A DNA stretch of 59,203 nucleotides, filler included, from Diploschistes diacapsis (taxonomy: Eukaryota), in assembly GCA_023645945.1 (NCBI GenBank). It is 5 parts of 5 records of this genome, joined end to end, with 100 filler letters (N's around TTAATTAATTAA, not from the genome) between each part and the next. Parts side by side here need not be neighbours in the genome. Positions count along the whole stretch, not along the records: positions 1 to 11,784 come from JALAIB010000801.1; 4 more parts are not named here. The stretch is one strand, 5' to 3'. A program made the position numbers and the translations under genes. Shown in pieces: positions 1 through 11,884 of this stretch; the first letter of the stretch is position 1, and each line of letters begins with the position of its first letter. The notes beneath the pieces were generated by a model. That model was not told where the DNA came from. It saw only the letters and a list, made by a program, of their open reading frames with translations, and made no database searches.

Positions 1-3000
1 GCCCTCTCCCCCTCCTCGACCCCCGGTACGGGATCCTCGCCGGCAATCCCCGCTTCCCAACCCTCTCCGGCGCCTCCGCCCCGCCATCCCCCCTCGGATC
101 CTTCTCGAGATCGAGACCGACATCGTCCCCACCGCCGGTGCGTCCTCCGCTCCTCATCCCCGCCGCCCCCGCCGCCGGCGGCTCACGCCCATACGTTCCA
201 GCATCCTCGGAATCCTCGCGATGCTCCGCCAGCAGCCCCTGGTAGCCATAAACGGCCGCGTATCCGTTTCCGCCGCAGTACTCCGTGCTGTCCCCGTCGC
301 ACTCGAGGTGGCAGTTGCTCACGTCGTTGAGCTGCGCGCGCGGATCGAGCGTGTTCCCGCAGAAGCACTGGCCCATGTAGTCCAGCGCCATGTAGGCATA
401 GTTGGCGCCCGCGTTCTCGACCGCGCACTGCCTCGCGCACGCCGGCACCGTGCCCGTGCGCCACGTCGTGTTCGCGTAGTCCGTCACCACGGTCCCGGGC
501 ACGTGCGGGCCCATCTCGTTGTAGCAGCCCTGGTAGACCCAGCTCGCGAGACCCGTGGTCACGGACAAGGGCGTGTACGAGGCGCTGCCGGAGCCGCCGG
601 TGTAGCCGTTGGAGAAGGAGGACTGCGGCGTGCCGTAGATCATGACGGAGCCGTCGCCGCCGCAGTATTCGGCCGGGTTGCCGTCGCAGACGGAGACTTG
701 GCAGTTGTCGTTGGTGGAGAATTGAGATTGGGTGTTGTTGAGCGTCCAGCCGCAGTAGCCTGTGTTTGAGAAGGATGGGGTTAGCAAGAGCTCCGTGAGT
801 GGGGGCCTTTGAAATGTTGACGAGTATAGGGCATAAGCAGCAAAGGAGGAAGATTGTAGGAGAAAGCTGGTAGTTCCTGGTTTGATGACAGAGTAGAGCT
901 TAAGTAGATGGAAGACGCTGAAAAAGAGAGAGGTCGACATCAGATGGACGAGCAGGGGAAACCTTACATTGGTGGGAATACTCGATGCCAAACAGCGGGT
1001 ATTGATATGCAGCGCAGGCTACGCCGCATGCCTCAACCGTCGCTTCGGTTTCGCCGACTGCGACGTCGGGCTGGCCGATTACAGTACGGTAATTGGCATC
1101 CGTGTCACTCCAACAGCCGAGGGTGGTGTAGGTAGCAACCGCTGTTGAGGCTCCGGCTGACGCGGACCAAGTTGCGTATACGGCTGACGGAATGGACGGG
1201 GTCGCAGAGGAAGAGGAGCCGGAAGCCGATGCCGAAGCCGAACCCGACAGCAATGCCGAAGTCAAACCCGGCAACAATGCCGAAGTCGAGCCCGACAACA
1301 ATGCTGGAGTCGAGCCCGACAACAACGCTGAAGTCGAATCCGGCAACAATGCCGAAGTCGAATCCGGCAACAATGCTGGAGTCGAGCCCGACAACAACGC
1401 TGAAGTCGAATCCGACAACAATGGCGAAGTCAAACCCGGCAACAATGGCGAAGTCGAGCCCGACAACAATGCCGGAGTCGAGCCCGACAACAATGCTGGG
1501 GCCGAGCCCGACAAAAATGCTGAAGTCGAACCCGGCAACAAGGCCGAAGAGGACACCAATGACAAGGACGCTGACAAGGAAAGATCGGACGCAGAGACGG
1601 AGACAGTGGAAGATGCGCCTGTTACCGAAAGCAAAGCCGAGCTTAAAGCCGAGCCAGTGGGAGCACCAGAAGAGCCCCCCCCGATCACCTCGTAGATGTT
1701 TATCATATAACTACCTCCACAGTATTCGCAGGTATTGCCGTTGCAAGTCATGTTGCATCCGGCTTCGTTAGGGTTGCCAGTGTAGGCGGCATTGATGGTG
1801 TTACCGCAAAAGCCTAAGTAATCCTTTCAGCCCGTCTTTTTTTTCTTTTGCTGGCAGCTCTAAGGGAAGGGGGGTCAAACTTACATTCCTGGGAGTACTC
1901 GGTCCCAAAATAAGTATACCCAGCGCAAGCCTCTGCACATACCTCGTTGGTCAGGCCCATATCCGTCGAAGGAAGACTGTTGGAGCCATTCAAAGCTCGC
2001 GGGAAATCGCTGTCGCCAAAGCATCCTACATATTGCCATCCGCTGACTGTCGCGATACCGGGGCAGGTGTACTCAGTTGCCGAGGGAGTAGCTGCTGAGG
2101 CTGATGCAGAGTTACTTGACGGGGCAACAGAGGATGAACTACCACTGGAAGCTTCGGCTGCGGAAGACGAGCCGGACGCACCGGCAGACGCAGCGCTGGT
2201 CCCGCCCGGACCGGCAGAAGATGCTGCACTGCTAATTGCGAAAGCCGCACTGCTTGAAGCACTTCCCGCTCCAGCACCTTGGGTCGTACTCGAGAGGCCA
2301 GAACCAGCAACGCTGAGAGGCACGCTGCTAGCAAGGCTTCTCACTCCAGCGCTTTGGCTAGCACTGAAATATGCAGAGCTGACAATACTGGGAGACGCAG
2401 TGCTGGCAACAGGTGACGAAGAACGGCCAGGGAGACCAGCGCTCGAAGATGATACAGGAGATGGTAGTACAGCGATGGAGGTTGCCGAAGAGGCAGAAGA
2501 AGGACTGCTGCCTGCCGGACTGGAGTTTACCCTACCGGACGATGTAAGAGCAACAGCGTTCGAGCTTACAGCGCTAGGGGAAGATGGTGGGCCCGCGATC
2601 GAGGTTCCAGCACTCGGTGATGAGAGTGGGCTAGGATTAGTCGTCGTGGTAGGACTCGAAGCAGTGCTTGAGGTAGTTGCACTGGAGGGGCTGGGTGCAC
2701 TTGTAACGGGCGACATTCCATTTGAAGTCGGGATGCTCGAGAATATGCCGGAAGTGGGCGTACTTGAGGCGGGCGCGGGGCTGGTGATTGAGCTTGACTG
2801 AGGCGCAACAGGGGCTGTCGTGGTGTGTTCGCCCCCGTTAGGAGCCGTCGTCGTACTAACTAAGGTCAGAGAGCCTTTGCGACTCACAAGATAGAACAGA
2901 GCTCGAGCCACTTACCCTGAGGGCGCAGCACTGGTATACAGTGAATAGGACGTCGGCCCGGCGGCCTGTCCTGCTGCTGAGGGCGTTGTATATACTGCCC

Positions 3001-3961
3001 CTGCCCCAGCCCCTGGAACCGGGGCGTTAAAGCAGCCCTGGAGTTGTGAGTTTTCAAATACAGTCCAGTAAAGAGAGCCAGAAGCTCGATCTTGACCACC
3101 ACATGAATTCCTGCCGCCACTGTTCGAAGGATAAGTTAACTTGTTCGGTGGAGTTTTCGATTTGCTCACTTACGACGCGCCAGTAGTTCCATTGCAGTAG
3201 AAGTTGCAGTGGCTGTCATCAACCTGACCGCCTGTTCGAATTTCGGAGCCGCAGCCACAGGTAGCGAAGCCGTTGTTGCTTCCTCCTTGGGTGTCATCAT
3301 CGATCCCATCACGACCCATGTACGAGTAGCCCAGCAAGCCACAGTACGCCGCACAGTCGGCGGTACCAGATGTATCCAAATACGCGTAAAAAGGCCCGGG
3401 TGCTGCATTCGTGAAGCAGCCAAGGTATTTAAAGTTGGAGGCCTGTCTGGCGTCGGAACTGTTCGAAACGGTTGGATCAGAATATATGTCCATTCCGTCG
3501 GAGGATCCGCAGTACTGCGTGGAATCGCCAGAACATCCCTGGCCACTGACTTGACAGACGCTAGCATCAGAACTGGCACCTAGATCATTACCTTCATATG
3601 GGCCAATACCATCGGCTGTCGATTCCTGTGCCCCCGGATTAGGGAAGTCGGAAGAGCAGTAGCAGTTAGTCTGGTCAGACAGACCAGCATACTTGAATCC
3701 ATGTCCTCTGCAGCCAGTCTGACAGATAGCGGGAGTTAGACTCCCATTATATCCGGGGTAGTAGTTTACGGAGTCAGGATTCGAACTTAGTTGCCATGTG
3801 AAGCCAGCATTTGGACCGTTATCGGAGTAAGAGAAGCACCCAAGATACTGAAAGGCACCACCTGCCGCATCACAGTTGCTCTGATCTCCTCCAACATAGC
3901 CCTGTGCCCATACGCATGCAACAGAGACCGAAAGAACAGGGAGTAGGCCGTTCAGCCGCAT
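1..3961 (-). CDS. Secreted multi-WSC-domain (carbohydrate-binding) Ser/Thr-rich protein, multi-exon, 3' end runs off the window
   Basis: ATG at 3961 gives signal-peptide-like MRLNGLLPVLSVSVACVWAQ. About five WSC motifs (YLGCF..C...C.....YAG; WQYVGCFGD..CAEACAGYTYFGTEYSQEC; YTTLGCWSD..FGIEYSHQC; WVYQGCYNE..CARQC) separated by S/T/A/P linkers and GT-AG introns. Confidence 0.85.
1243..1540. repeat. 24-bp coding tandem repeat (about 12 units) encoding (A/P)LL(S/P)GST(S/P) in the WSC gene
   Basis: Repeated unit resembling gccgaagtcgagcccgacaacaat; explains the long overlapping ORFs in other frames. Confidence 0.9.
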
Positions 3962-5362
3962 TTTTAATAATGCGATGGAACAGGAAAAGGAAGTGTAGGA
4001 AAGCTGGATACAGCGAGAAACAGGCAAAGTGATCGTTAATGATCCAGAAACCAGTCTTACAGAAGAAAAGAAATACTAGAGACGGTGGTATAATCATGAA
4101 GACGCGTTTGCTGTTGTTTTGGCGTGGAAACCATTGGAATTTGTAATTTCGCTGGTGGTATTCCCTAATCGAAGGAATGCAGCTAGGGAAACAGTAGCTC
4201 ATCGCCACCTTTGAGGCGACAGGACACAGCAATTTGACGTATAAGGGCTTTCTTGTTTGTATCTTTGGGGCGAAGCAGGAAAACGAGTAGATTAACGCCA
4301 TATCTTATGGATGGGAAAGAATACTAGGAGATGCTCGAGGCTGCGGAAACCCGCCCTTATGAGTTAGACCCCGAGAGTGCCTTTGAAAATCTATCTTGCT
4401 CAATACATGACCTCTTTGGGGTCATGTATGACACTGGACAAGAAAGTCCGACCCCAAGTCATATATACATAAAGTATACTGAGGCAGAGAAAACCGCGTG
4501 AAGAATTCTTATTTCCGTAATCCCCGCCAAGCCGGTTTCTCCTGAGAGTCTGGTTCTTGGTAGTGGTTCACGGTCATGCGACAGACAAACAAACGTACTA
4601 TGCCGATCGTGAACCTACCAAGGTAATACCTATATATGTATGTATGTATGGTTGATTGTATCGAAGCATTCCCCAAGGGTCGGTACAACCATCTTATGCT
4701 AGAGATCAGATCCCTATTCTTGCTCCCCAGCTTATGTTATTCAAAAACATCATGATTATCATTGAGATGGGCATACAATAAGTTACAAGAAGCACCGAAT
4801 CCGATTTCATTTTGGCTACTCCTCGATTATCTATGCTTATGTTATTGTATATAGTCGACGCTGTGATTGTCGCTCGATCCCGTTGTTGTTGCGAAGTCAT
4901 GTGATAGAACAATAACCTTGTAGACGAAACTCCCACCCGCCCGTCGGATATAGCAAGTCTTTCTTCTTTGCGCTCAAGCACTTAATAATAATGTTTTCCA
5001 GCAGCAAAGGCCTGCTTGTAAACTCTGGCGCCAATTTCAAAGAAGATGAGGAGGCAGGATACTTACTCAAGGTTGGTCAAATCGTTATAGTTCGATAATG
5101 ATATCAAGTTTCGCCTTTCGCCAGCGGTGGGGATTCCTTGTCGAGTGGTATATCTGCACAACACTCGCCAATTGTTCCCTTCAAGGCACATAAAACACTG
5201 GGCCCCCCGTAAAGCATACCCGTTCAAAATCTACGTCCTCTAAGCCGTGCCTCGAAATTCGCACGGGCACGGGCGCCTCGAGCTACTAACTTCTGCGTTA
5301 GCCATGCTCCCGCAATATATTGTTTGGCGTGTACACACACACACGTCTACTCTGACGAACCG

Positions 5363-6618
5363 CTAAGGCACGAAGGAGGTACTGTTTGCCAGGAAGACGA
5401 CCAGAACGGCAGTGTACGCCGCAGTAGCCGAAAAGACGTCCTGTTTCCGTGCCTTGGTGAGTGTAGCAATGCATATGCCAAACAACTGAGTAAAGCACAG
5501 TATCACCACGAGCTGCAGGATAGGCTGTGCGTTCGTAAGGTAAAGGATGCCAATCGGTACGAGCAGCAGTAGCGTCGCTATGAACGTCACGAGCGCGTTG
5601 GTGACAGCATCTATCCTATCCCTAGAATAGAGATTGATGTCTTCGCCTCCCGTACGTCGACGCTGATCTTCGGTCCGAAAGAGCCGGGCAGCGAATGATC
5701 TGGAAACGACTCTTTTGGGGAACTCCTCTACAAACGCATTGAGGGAGCTGCGTTCTTGGTTGGGGGCCAGTGCGGCAAGATCGTATCGATCTGTGATCCA
5801 TTCGGATTCCGATTGGGTTTGCAGTCCCCCATTGTGAATGATGTTGTGCAGGCTCCTCTGGTTCCGCTCACTCGGTATTTCTAACTGGCCCATTTGATAT
5901 ATTCCCTGCAGTAGCTTGTCTAAGCAATTGTAAGCTTGCTCGGAACAAATGTATGAGATACATCAAGGTTACCGTAGCGAAGTAATAGCTTCTCCCCTTT
6001 AGCGAGCAGATCTCTGCGCTTCGTACTCACGTTATCATCTCTTCTCCGTGAGTATAGCCTTGCAGGGTCACTCTTTTTGTGGTGGTCATCTAGGTTCGTT
6101 AAGTCGTCCTGCAATACCAAAATTTCATCCTGCAGAGCAAGCAGTACACGATTGCGTACTAGCTTGAACTTCTTGTAGATAAGAAAATTATCATCACAAC
6201 TTTCAACAGCTGCTAATTTCGGATAGCCGTTCGGGAATTCGTCAACTACCAGCTTTCAATATGTTATGACGTTTCTCAAGACTCGATGCCTTACTTGGTT
6301 TTATATCTTGCCTAAGTCGGTCTTGATTCCTAAAAGTTAAACCCCTGTCATCTCGATACTTAAATATAGCTTCTCTGGTTCGCTCGCGGAGATATTGATT
6401 TTTATCTGCATACTTGTCAGAAATCCACCGAAATATGGGCTGCAGAGAGCCAGGCGACTCCCAGACTTACTATCAAAATCGACTCCAGTCGATATACCGG
6501 TAGGGACATCAATCTGTTGATGTTTTTGTACACTTGCACCAATAATATGGACGGTCTCGTGCTTCACCTGCTCTCCATCATTTTTAATCTGTTCTTGACG
6601 TTCCAGATCTGTCGCCAT
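5363..6618 (-). CDS. DUF6594-like fungal membrane protein (start exon uncertain)
   Basis: Spliced frame VDEFPNGYPKLAAVESCDDNFLIYKKF..RNRVLLALQDEI..L..LD, then PSERNQRSL, DLAAL and C-terminal TM helices ending VFSATAAYTAVLVVFL, all typical of this family. Confidence 0.75.
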
Positions 6619-7596
6619 GGATGACTAAAGGTCATGTAATAGTAACCTTTGGTAGAATATCACTCTACTTCCTCCTAATCATAACTCAAACGTTCATGAG
6701 ATCTTTGGAACTAGTTTCAATAGTGTACTGAAATGCTCCTAAAGAACTTCTGCTCTTGGTCTCTATAATAGACTGTGATGCTCCTTATTTCTTTCTGTAC
6801 AGAGTGTGCACTAGCACAATTTCAAGGGTTGTTTCATGCACCTTGCGTCTAAAGCGGTATTCAACATCTAGTTAAGCGCGCGAGCAAGGACGGTATGGAA
6901 CCCCGAATTTGATAGAACTTGGTTGAATATGAGAGTCAAGAGGCAAAAGTGGTTCGACGGGTCGCCCTAGAAAATCATCAGCATCGAAGGGGGTTTTATG
7001 AACAGCAGAGGTTTCACGCTTGATGAGCCATCTGGGTCTAGTGCAAGGCAAATCCAGGCTTTCTAGCCATGCCATCCCGAAGTGCAGTTGTGCACACGAG
7101 AGACTGCGCAACAACCAATTAACATCTCGCTCAGAAATTACCCATGGTTCCTGCCCAAGCTGCTGAAACCCGTGGAGAATCGCAGAATCCAGGCGCAGAT
7201 GTGTGTGCAATCGGCCGATCGTGGAAACTGCCTCATTTTTCTCCGAGATCTCAGTCACTTTCTTTCCGTCATGCACCCTCTGTGAGACAGCTAACGTTAT
7301 CTTGATGCAGCTTCGAGCCGTGCACATTCAACAGTGAATACGCTTCACTCAGGCCCTGCAACCAAGATCGTAGATTTGGAGCTCTACTGACATAACTGTA
7401 CAAGAATACGGGTTGCCCCAATGCAATCAAGCTCATAGTGGAGAGAGATGGTGATTGATTTTCTAGCTAGGGCGGGAAGCAAACCCTCCTGTGTCGCCCA
7501 TGGAAGCGATAAGTAATCCCAAAGTGTCGCTATAAATAGTAACAATAGTAATAAGCAGTAAAATGGAAGGACAAGTGGCACGCACCAGTGTTATGC

Positions 7597-7782
7597 AACG
7601 GATCACCCCACAAAGCGGTTCACAATCCCTGCACCTTCGCATAATGTAGTTGAAAACAGATTTAGTTTCGCACAGATAATTTTATGTGTGGTTGTGGGGC
7701 CCAAAAGCTCGCTTGACCCTATCTTAGCGTAATTACATTATAATGTGCTTTGTGGGGTGATCTGTTATGTGGTGGAACACGT
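7597..7782. mobile_element. Degenerate copy of a Fot1/pogo-like MITE
   Basis: Aligns with 11577-11784 over about 185 bp (e.g. cacaaagcgg.tcacaatccctgcaccttcg; ataattttatgtgtggttgtgggg..caaaagctcgctt). Right end ...gaacacgt followed by TA. Confidence 0.8.
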
Positions 7783-10602
7783 TAAGGGCGGTCAAAAAAT
7801 GGCCTTGGGCACAAATTACTTAAGGGCCAAAGCGGCGTAGCTTGGGATCCTAGATCCAATTCAGATCCGGAGCTGGAATGTAAACTGCTTGTTATGTATG
7901 ATTCATGAGCCTCGGCCCCTCGGGCAATTGAACGTTGTAGCGCTTACTGAATAGAGCTGCTTGCTTCCAGCTAACGTCGAGCTTACGGCTTCACTTCATC
8001 AAGAAGAAGGATAAGGCACAAACTGTTTCTATTTTCGGTCCTTTATCGCGAATGCACAAGTGTCTCTGATTTGCCACAGCCGTTTAAGGCAAGCCCACTA
8101 GCCCTCAGCAATGATAACGTCAGACCCGATCAACCTTAATGATCTTCCGAGGAACCACCCAACGAAGCTGCTGCCATTTCTAGTTTTCTTCAGCCTGTAC
8201 TTATACTTCATCTCGATGTCGTCCCATTCTATGCAACAGATGTAATATCTCCTATATATGTTGTTCTCTCTATGATCGTACTCGTCGCTTCGTGTTACTT
8301 CCTGCCCGTGGACAAAGTCTGGCCTCGCCTGATCGAGATTAGGAGACCACTTGTGACGTGATGATCAGTTCATATCATACCTGCTGGTTCGGCGATTTGA
8401 CAGCATCGCTGAGGTTGTTCGAGCCAGACCCTCCTCCTGAAATGGATATTCTGACCTACTGACATCAGTATCTTAGCTTGGAGAGGATCAGCATGACCAC
8501 GTTATTCGTCTTTGATCCGAAACAGTTATAAACTGGGACTTTTCCCATAGACATGTCGGGTATCCGTTGGCTTCGTATGTATGTAGGCTATAGTATGCAA
8601 ACTGTCCGCAAGTGTAATATAGGCAGCCAGAAAAGGGTGGCGGCAGCGTTATAAACCCAGCTCTGTGCCCGACGACGTGCTCGCTGGCTCACGAGACATC
8701 ACTAGATACATACTTGAGCCTCATTATGCTGCCAGTTGTGGGGCTAAGAATGATAGCCATGACTGCCACGTCTTCTTGCAATGTTCTGAGGCCCTGCGAT
8801 CGACGCATACGCCTACTTTTGCCTGCTTTTTCATGCATCTAATGGGCACCATCATAGCCAATGGTGTGCGGCCAACTGATTGCAGCTGGCCAATAAAATG
8901 TGGGATCAACCAATATGCGCCGCGCTTTTGACCAAATCTTTCTCCCGTCGGATGGAGACGAGATAGCGATGTTAATGGCACCTTGTCGCTATCAATGCCT
9001 TTCCCGCGCAAACGGGCATCCCGCATAGAAAAAGGCAAGTCCCTTCCGGGAGGTAAGGCTTTCTTCAATTGCTGCAGAATAACACCATTGAAAGTTGTCA
9101 GGGATCCATATTGAAGCTTTAAAGTTGCTTGCAAGCTCGTCCAGCTCCTTAGGGCTGACAGCGCTCTTCTGAAACTGGACAATAAGCTGTTGCTCTAGCG
9201 GTGGTTAATTGTGTCCGCGGTCATTGTCAACAAGAACCCATGGTACGAAAGTTTCCTGGGTGCTCCCAGCTTCAAGTTCGAGCTCATATGCGACGGGCGA
9301 CACTATGTCATTTGAGGTTAGCCCAGCCTGCTAGTGCGATAAGATGGCAGGCTTGGCATCATTCATTCAAGCTGGCCTGCTCCACGGCAGAGCTTCAGGA
9401 AAACGAGATGTTGAAAGAATTCCAAACCACCCAATCCCAGAGCAGCTTTATTTATTGACATTATCAAGGTTCTCCTGCGATATGGTCGGAATCTCTTTTG
9501 ATAAAACATATGAGTTTTAAGGCTTGTAATTGAAGTTGGTGCTCGTATTGAGGTTACACTGCCCGAACTACACAATCATGGGGCACACATGGCCCCTTAG
9601 CAAGGTGAGCACTGCTGTACATCAAATTCCTAGCTCATGAGAAGTAAGAAATCTAACCAACCGCTTCGAAGGCCCTTCACATCACTTCCTGCATTTCGCA
9701 GGAGAGCTTCCAGGCTTAGCATGAGTGGTGCCAGGTCGGTCACTGTTGCAGGTGGGGCACAGGATGTCGAAGAGCGCCAGGCAGAACGCAGGATGATGTT
9801 CCTAATTTTGAGAAGTCTTTCTAGAATTCTTCTGTCTGTTCAGAACGATGGAGATAGGAAACGTCTTCCAGGACCGCTACATTTGATAGTTTCTCTCTCA
9901 TGGGGTTATGCTAGAGACAATAAGACTGCTTCCTTCCTCCCTTAACGTAGCGTAAAAAATGCGATTTAATAGTCGGTCCCTAATTATGGGAGCTTGGAGG
10001 CCCAAAGCGTTTTCGTATTCACCTTCAGAGTCTCTTAAGAGCAGTGACAACAACTATAATAACGTTTCGTCTTCTTTTGCACTTAATCAACTTAATCAAC
10101 CCTTGGAGGCCATCGCATTCTGTGAGCTTAAGCAGCTAAAGGCCCGAAATAATATAGATGCGGACACGAGGTTTAAGAATTTATGAATCAGAATTCGCTG
10201 CTCGCGCCGCCGGGCTAGAACACAGCATGTCAGGCTTGACGCACTGTATTAGGAAGACCAGTGGTCATGGAAAGAGTAAACACCATATATCGAAGCAAAT
10301 CTTAAGTCCAAGGTGTTTGCCGGGATTTGTGTCACGTGAGCGACGAAAAAGGTGCTGATGCGGCATTGGAGAACATTGCGAGATAAATACAAAGACAGAA
10401 TGAAGCATACAGAAAATAGGAAATGGTAAACAGGGCGTCCATTTGTCCAAAAAAGGAAAGACTGAATAGTTTGCGGAGATTATCTGCTCAGGTTCCTAAT
10501 GGTAGTGGATAAGATTCTGACAAATACTAAACCAAAAGTAATTAGGCCCACCCTTGTCTCATTAAAAAGGTTACTTTTTTAGCCCTTCTATCTCTGCAAT
10601 AA

Positions 10603-11209
10603 GGCCCTGTTTGGTGGTCAGCGTAGAACATATGTAGAACCTCTACGTAACTTGTACGAGGTCACATAACACTCTACGCTCCCACCAAACGCCCCTTTTC
10701 GTAAAGCGTCTACGTAAACGTCGTAAAACGCGTAAACGCTCTACGACCACCAAAATCTTCGTAAAGTGCTGTAAAAGCTCTCGAGCTCTCATAACACTCT
10801 ACGAATTAATCCAAAATGGATCGAAACCCTATCGCCGCCGCTTCCACGGCCCATTTCCCTTTCCTATCTAACCAAAATGGACGATTTTTAATCCAGATAT
10901 CACGAAAACAAAAATAAAACGACCGCTATTTTATTCGCTAATATTACGCAACTATACGCAACCCAATATTAGGACAAATATTACGCCTGCGAGGGCATCG
11001 TAAAAATACCATCACGTATGCGCAAAAAAGGCTAAGAAGGCTAAAAAATTAGGCCGAGATTGGATTATTAGGCCGAGAATGATAAGCGACAGCGTGGTAT
11101 GGCTAATTACCAAATGCGCCACGTAAAGCTGCTTCTACGTAGATGACGGCCGTCATCTACGTAGATGCGCTCTACCGTAGAGCAACTCTACGTGGCGCCA
11201 AACAGGGCC
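10603..11209. mobile_element. Non-autonomous PIF/Harbinger (Tourist-like) element, 607 bp
   Basis: TIRs GGCCCTGTTTGG ... CCAAACAGGGCC flanked by TAA on both sides (10600-10602, 11210-11212). Many CTCTACG/CGTAG subterminal motifs; no ORF. Confidence 0.85.
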
Positions 11210-11406
11210 TAAAGCTTTCAAATCTCTAAAGATAAATACAGAAGCTTTTCAAAGTTTAATTATTCGTGTTTCTTTTGAAGGGCCGCAAGACGTCAACGAA
11301 AATAACAAAACGTCATATTTATTATAACGTAACCGCGAAAATTGGCGGGAACTAGATTTTTTTTAAAGGTTTACCCTCCACCTTAAATTGCTCTATATAC
11401 TATCTT

Positions 11407-11481
11407 GGCACCATGGTCAAATGGCGCAGATGATTGCTGACAGACCTCCTTAAAAGTCGTGGGTTCGATTCCCACCATCCC
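11407..11481 (+). pseudogene. tRNA-like sequence (tRNA pseudogene or tRNA-derived SINE head)
   Basis: A-box TGGTCAAATGG and a perfect T-arm GTGGG-TTCGATT-CCCAC, but the acceptor stem does not pair and the anticodon arm is not clean; it sits among transposon relics. Confidence 0.5.
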
Positions 11482-11576
11482 AAACATTCTTTACTCCAGA
11501 CTTAGCATCCCGGGCTAATCCTAAAGCGGTCAGTTACTTTACAACATCTTCGCTTAAATTAGCAGGTTCTAGGGTA

Positions 11577-11784
11577 ACGTGTTTCACCACTTAACGGTTC
11601 ACACCACAAAGCGGCTCACAATCCCTGCACCTTCGTAAAATGTATTTCTTAACATTTTCACCTTTCGTACAAATAATTTTATGTGTGGTTGTGGGGCTCA
11701 AAAGCTCGCTTAAAACTATCTAGCGCATCTACATTATAATGTAGTGAGCCGCTTTGTGGTGTGATCCGTTAAGTGGTGAAACAC
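11577..11784. mobile_element. Fot1/pogo-like (Tc1/mariner superfamily) MITE, about 210 bp, ends at gap
   Basis: About 41-bp near-perfect TIR gtgtttcaccacttaacgg(t/a)tcacaccacaaagcggctcac / gtgagccgctttgtggtgtgatccgttaagtggtgaaacac; left end is TA + ACGT. Confidence 0.85.
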
Positions 11785-11884
11785 NNNNNNNNNNNNNNNN
11801 NNNNNNNNNNNNNNNNNNNNNNNNNNNNTTAATTAATTAANNNNNNNNNNNNNNNNNNNNNNNNNNNNNNNNNNNNNNNNNNNN
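11785..11884. other. Assembly linker N44-TTAATTAATTAA-N44
   Basis: Six-frame stop linker between N runs; identical at all four gaps. Confidence 0.98.

Noticed and set aside
221..2801. Long plus-strand ORFs (221-769, 1145-1771, 1192-1695, 1947-2801)
   Set aside because: Antisense shadows of the GC-rich, repetitive WSC gene.
6872..10450. Scattered 60-150 aa ORFs, possibly a decayed gene
   Set aside because: No recognisable motifs or consistent splice structure.
11829..11840. TTAATTAATTAA motif repeated at regular ~11.8-kb spacing
   Set aside because: Artificial six-frame stop linker, not biological.
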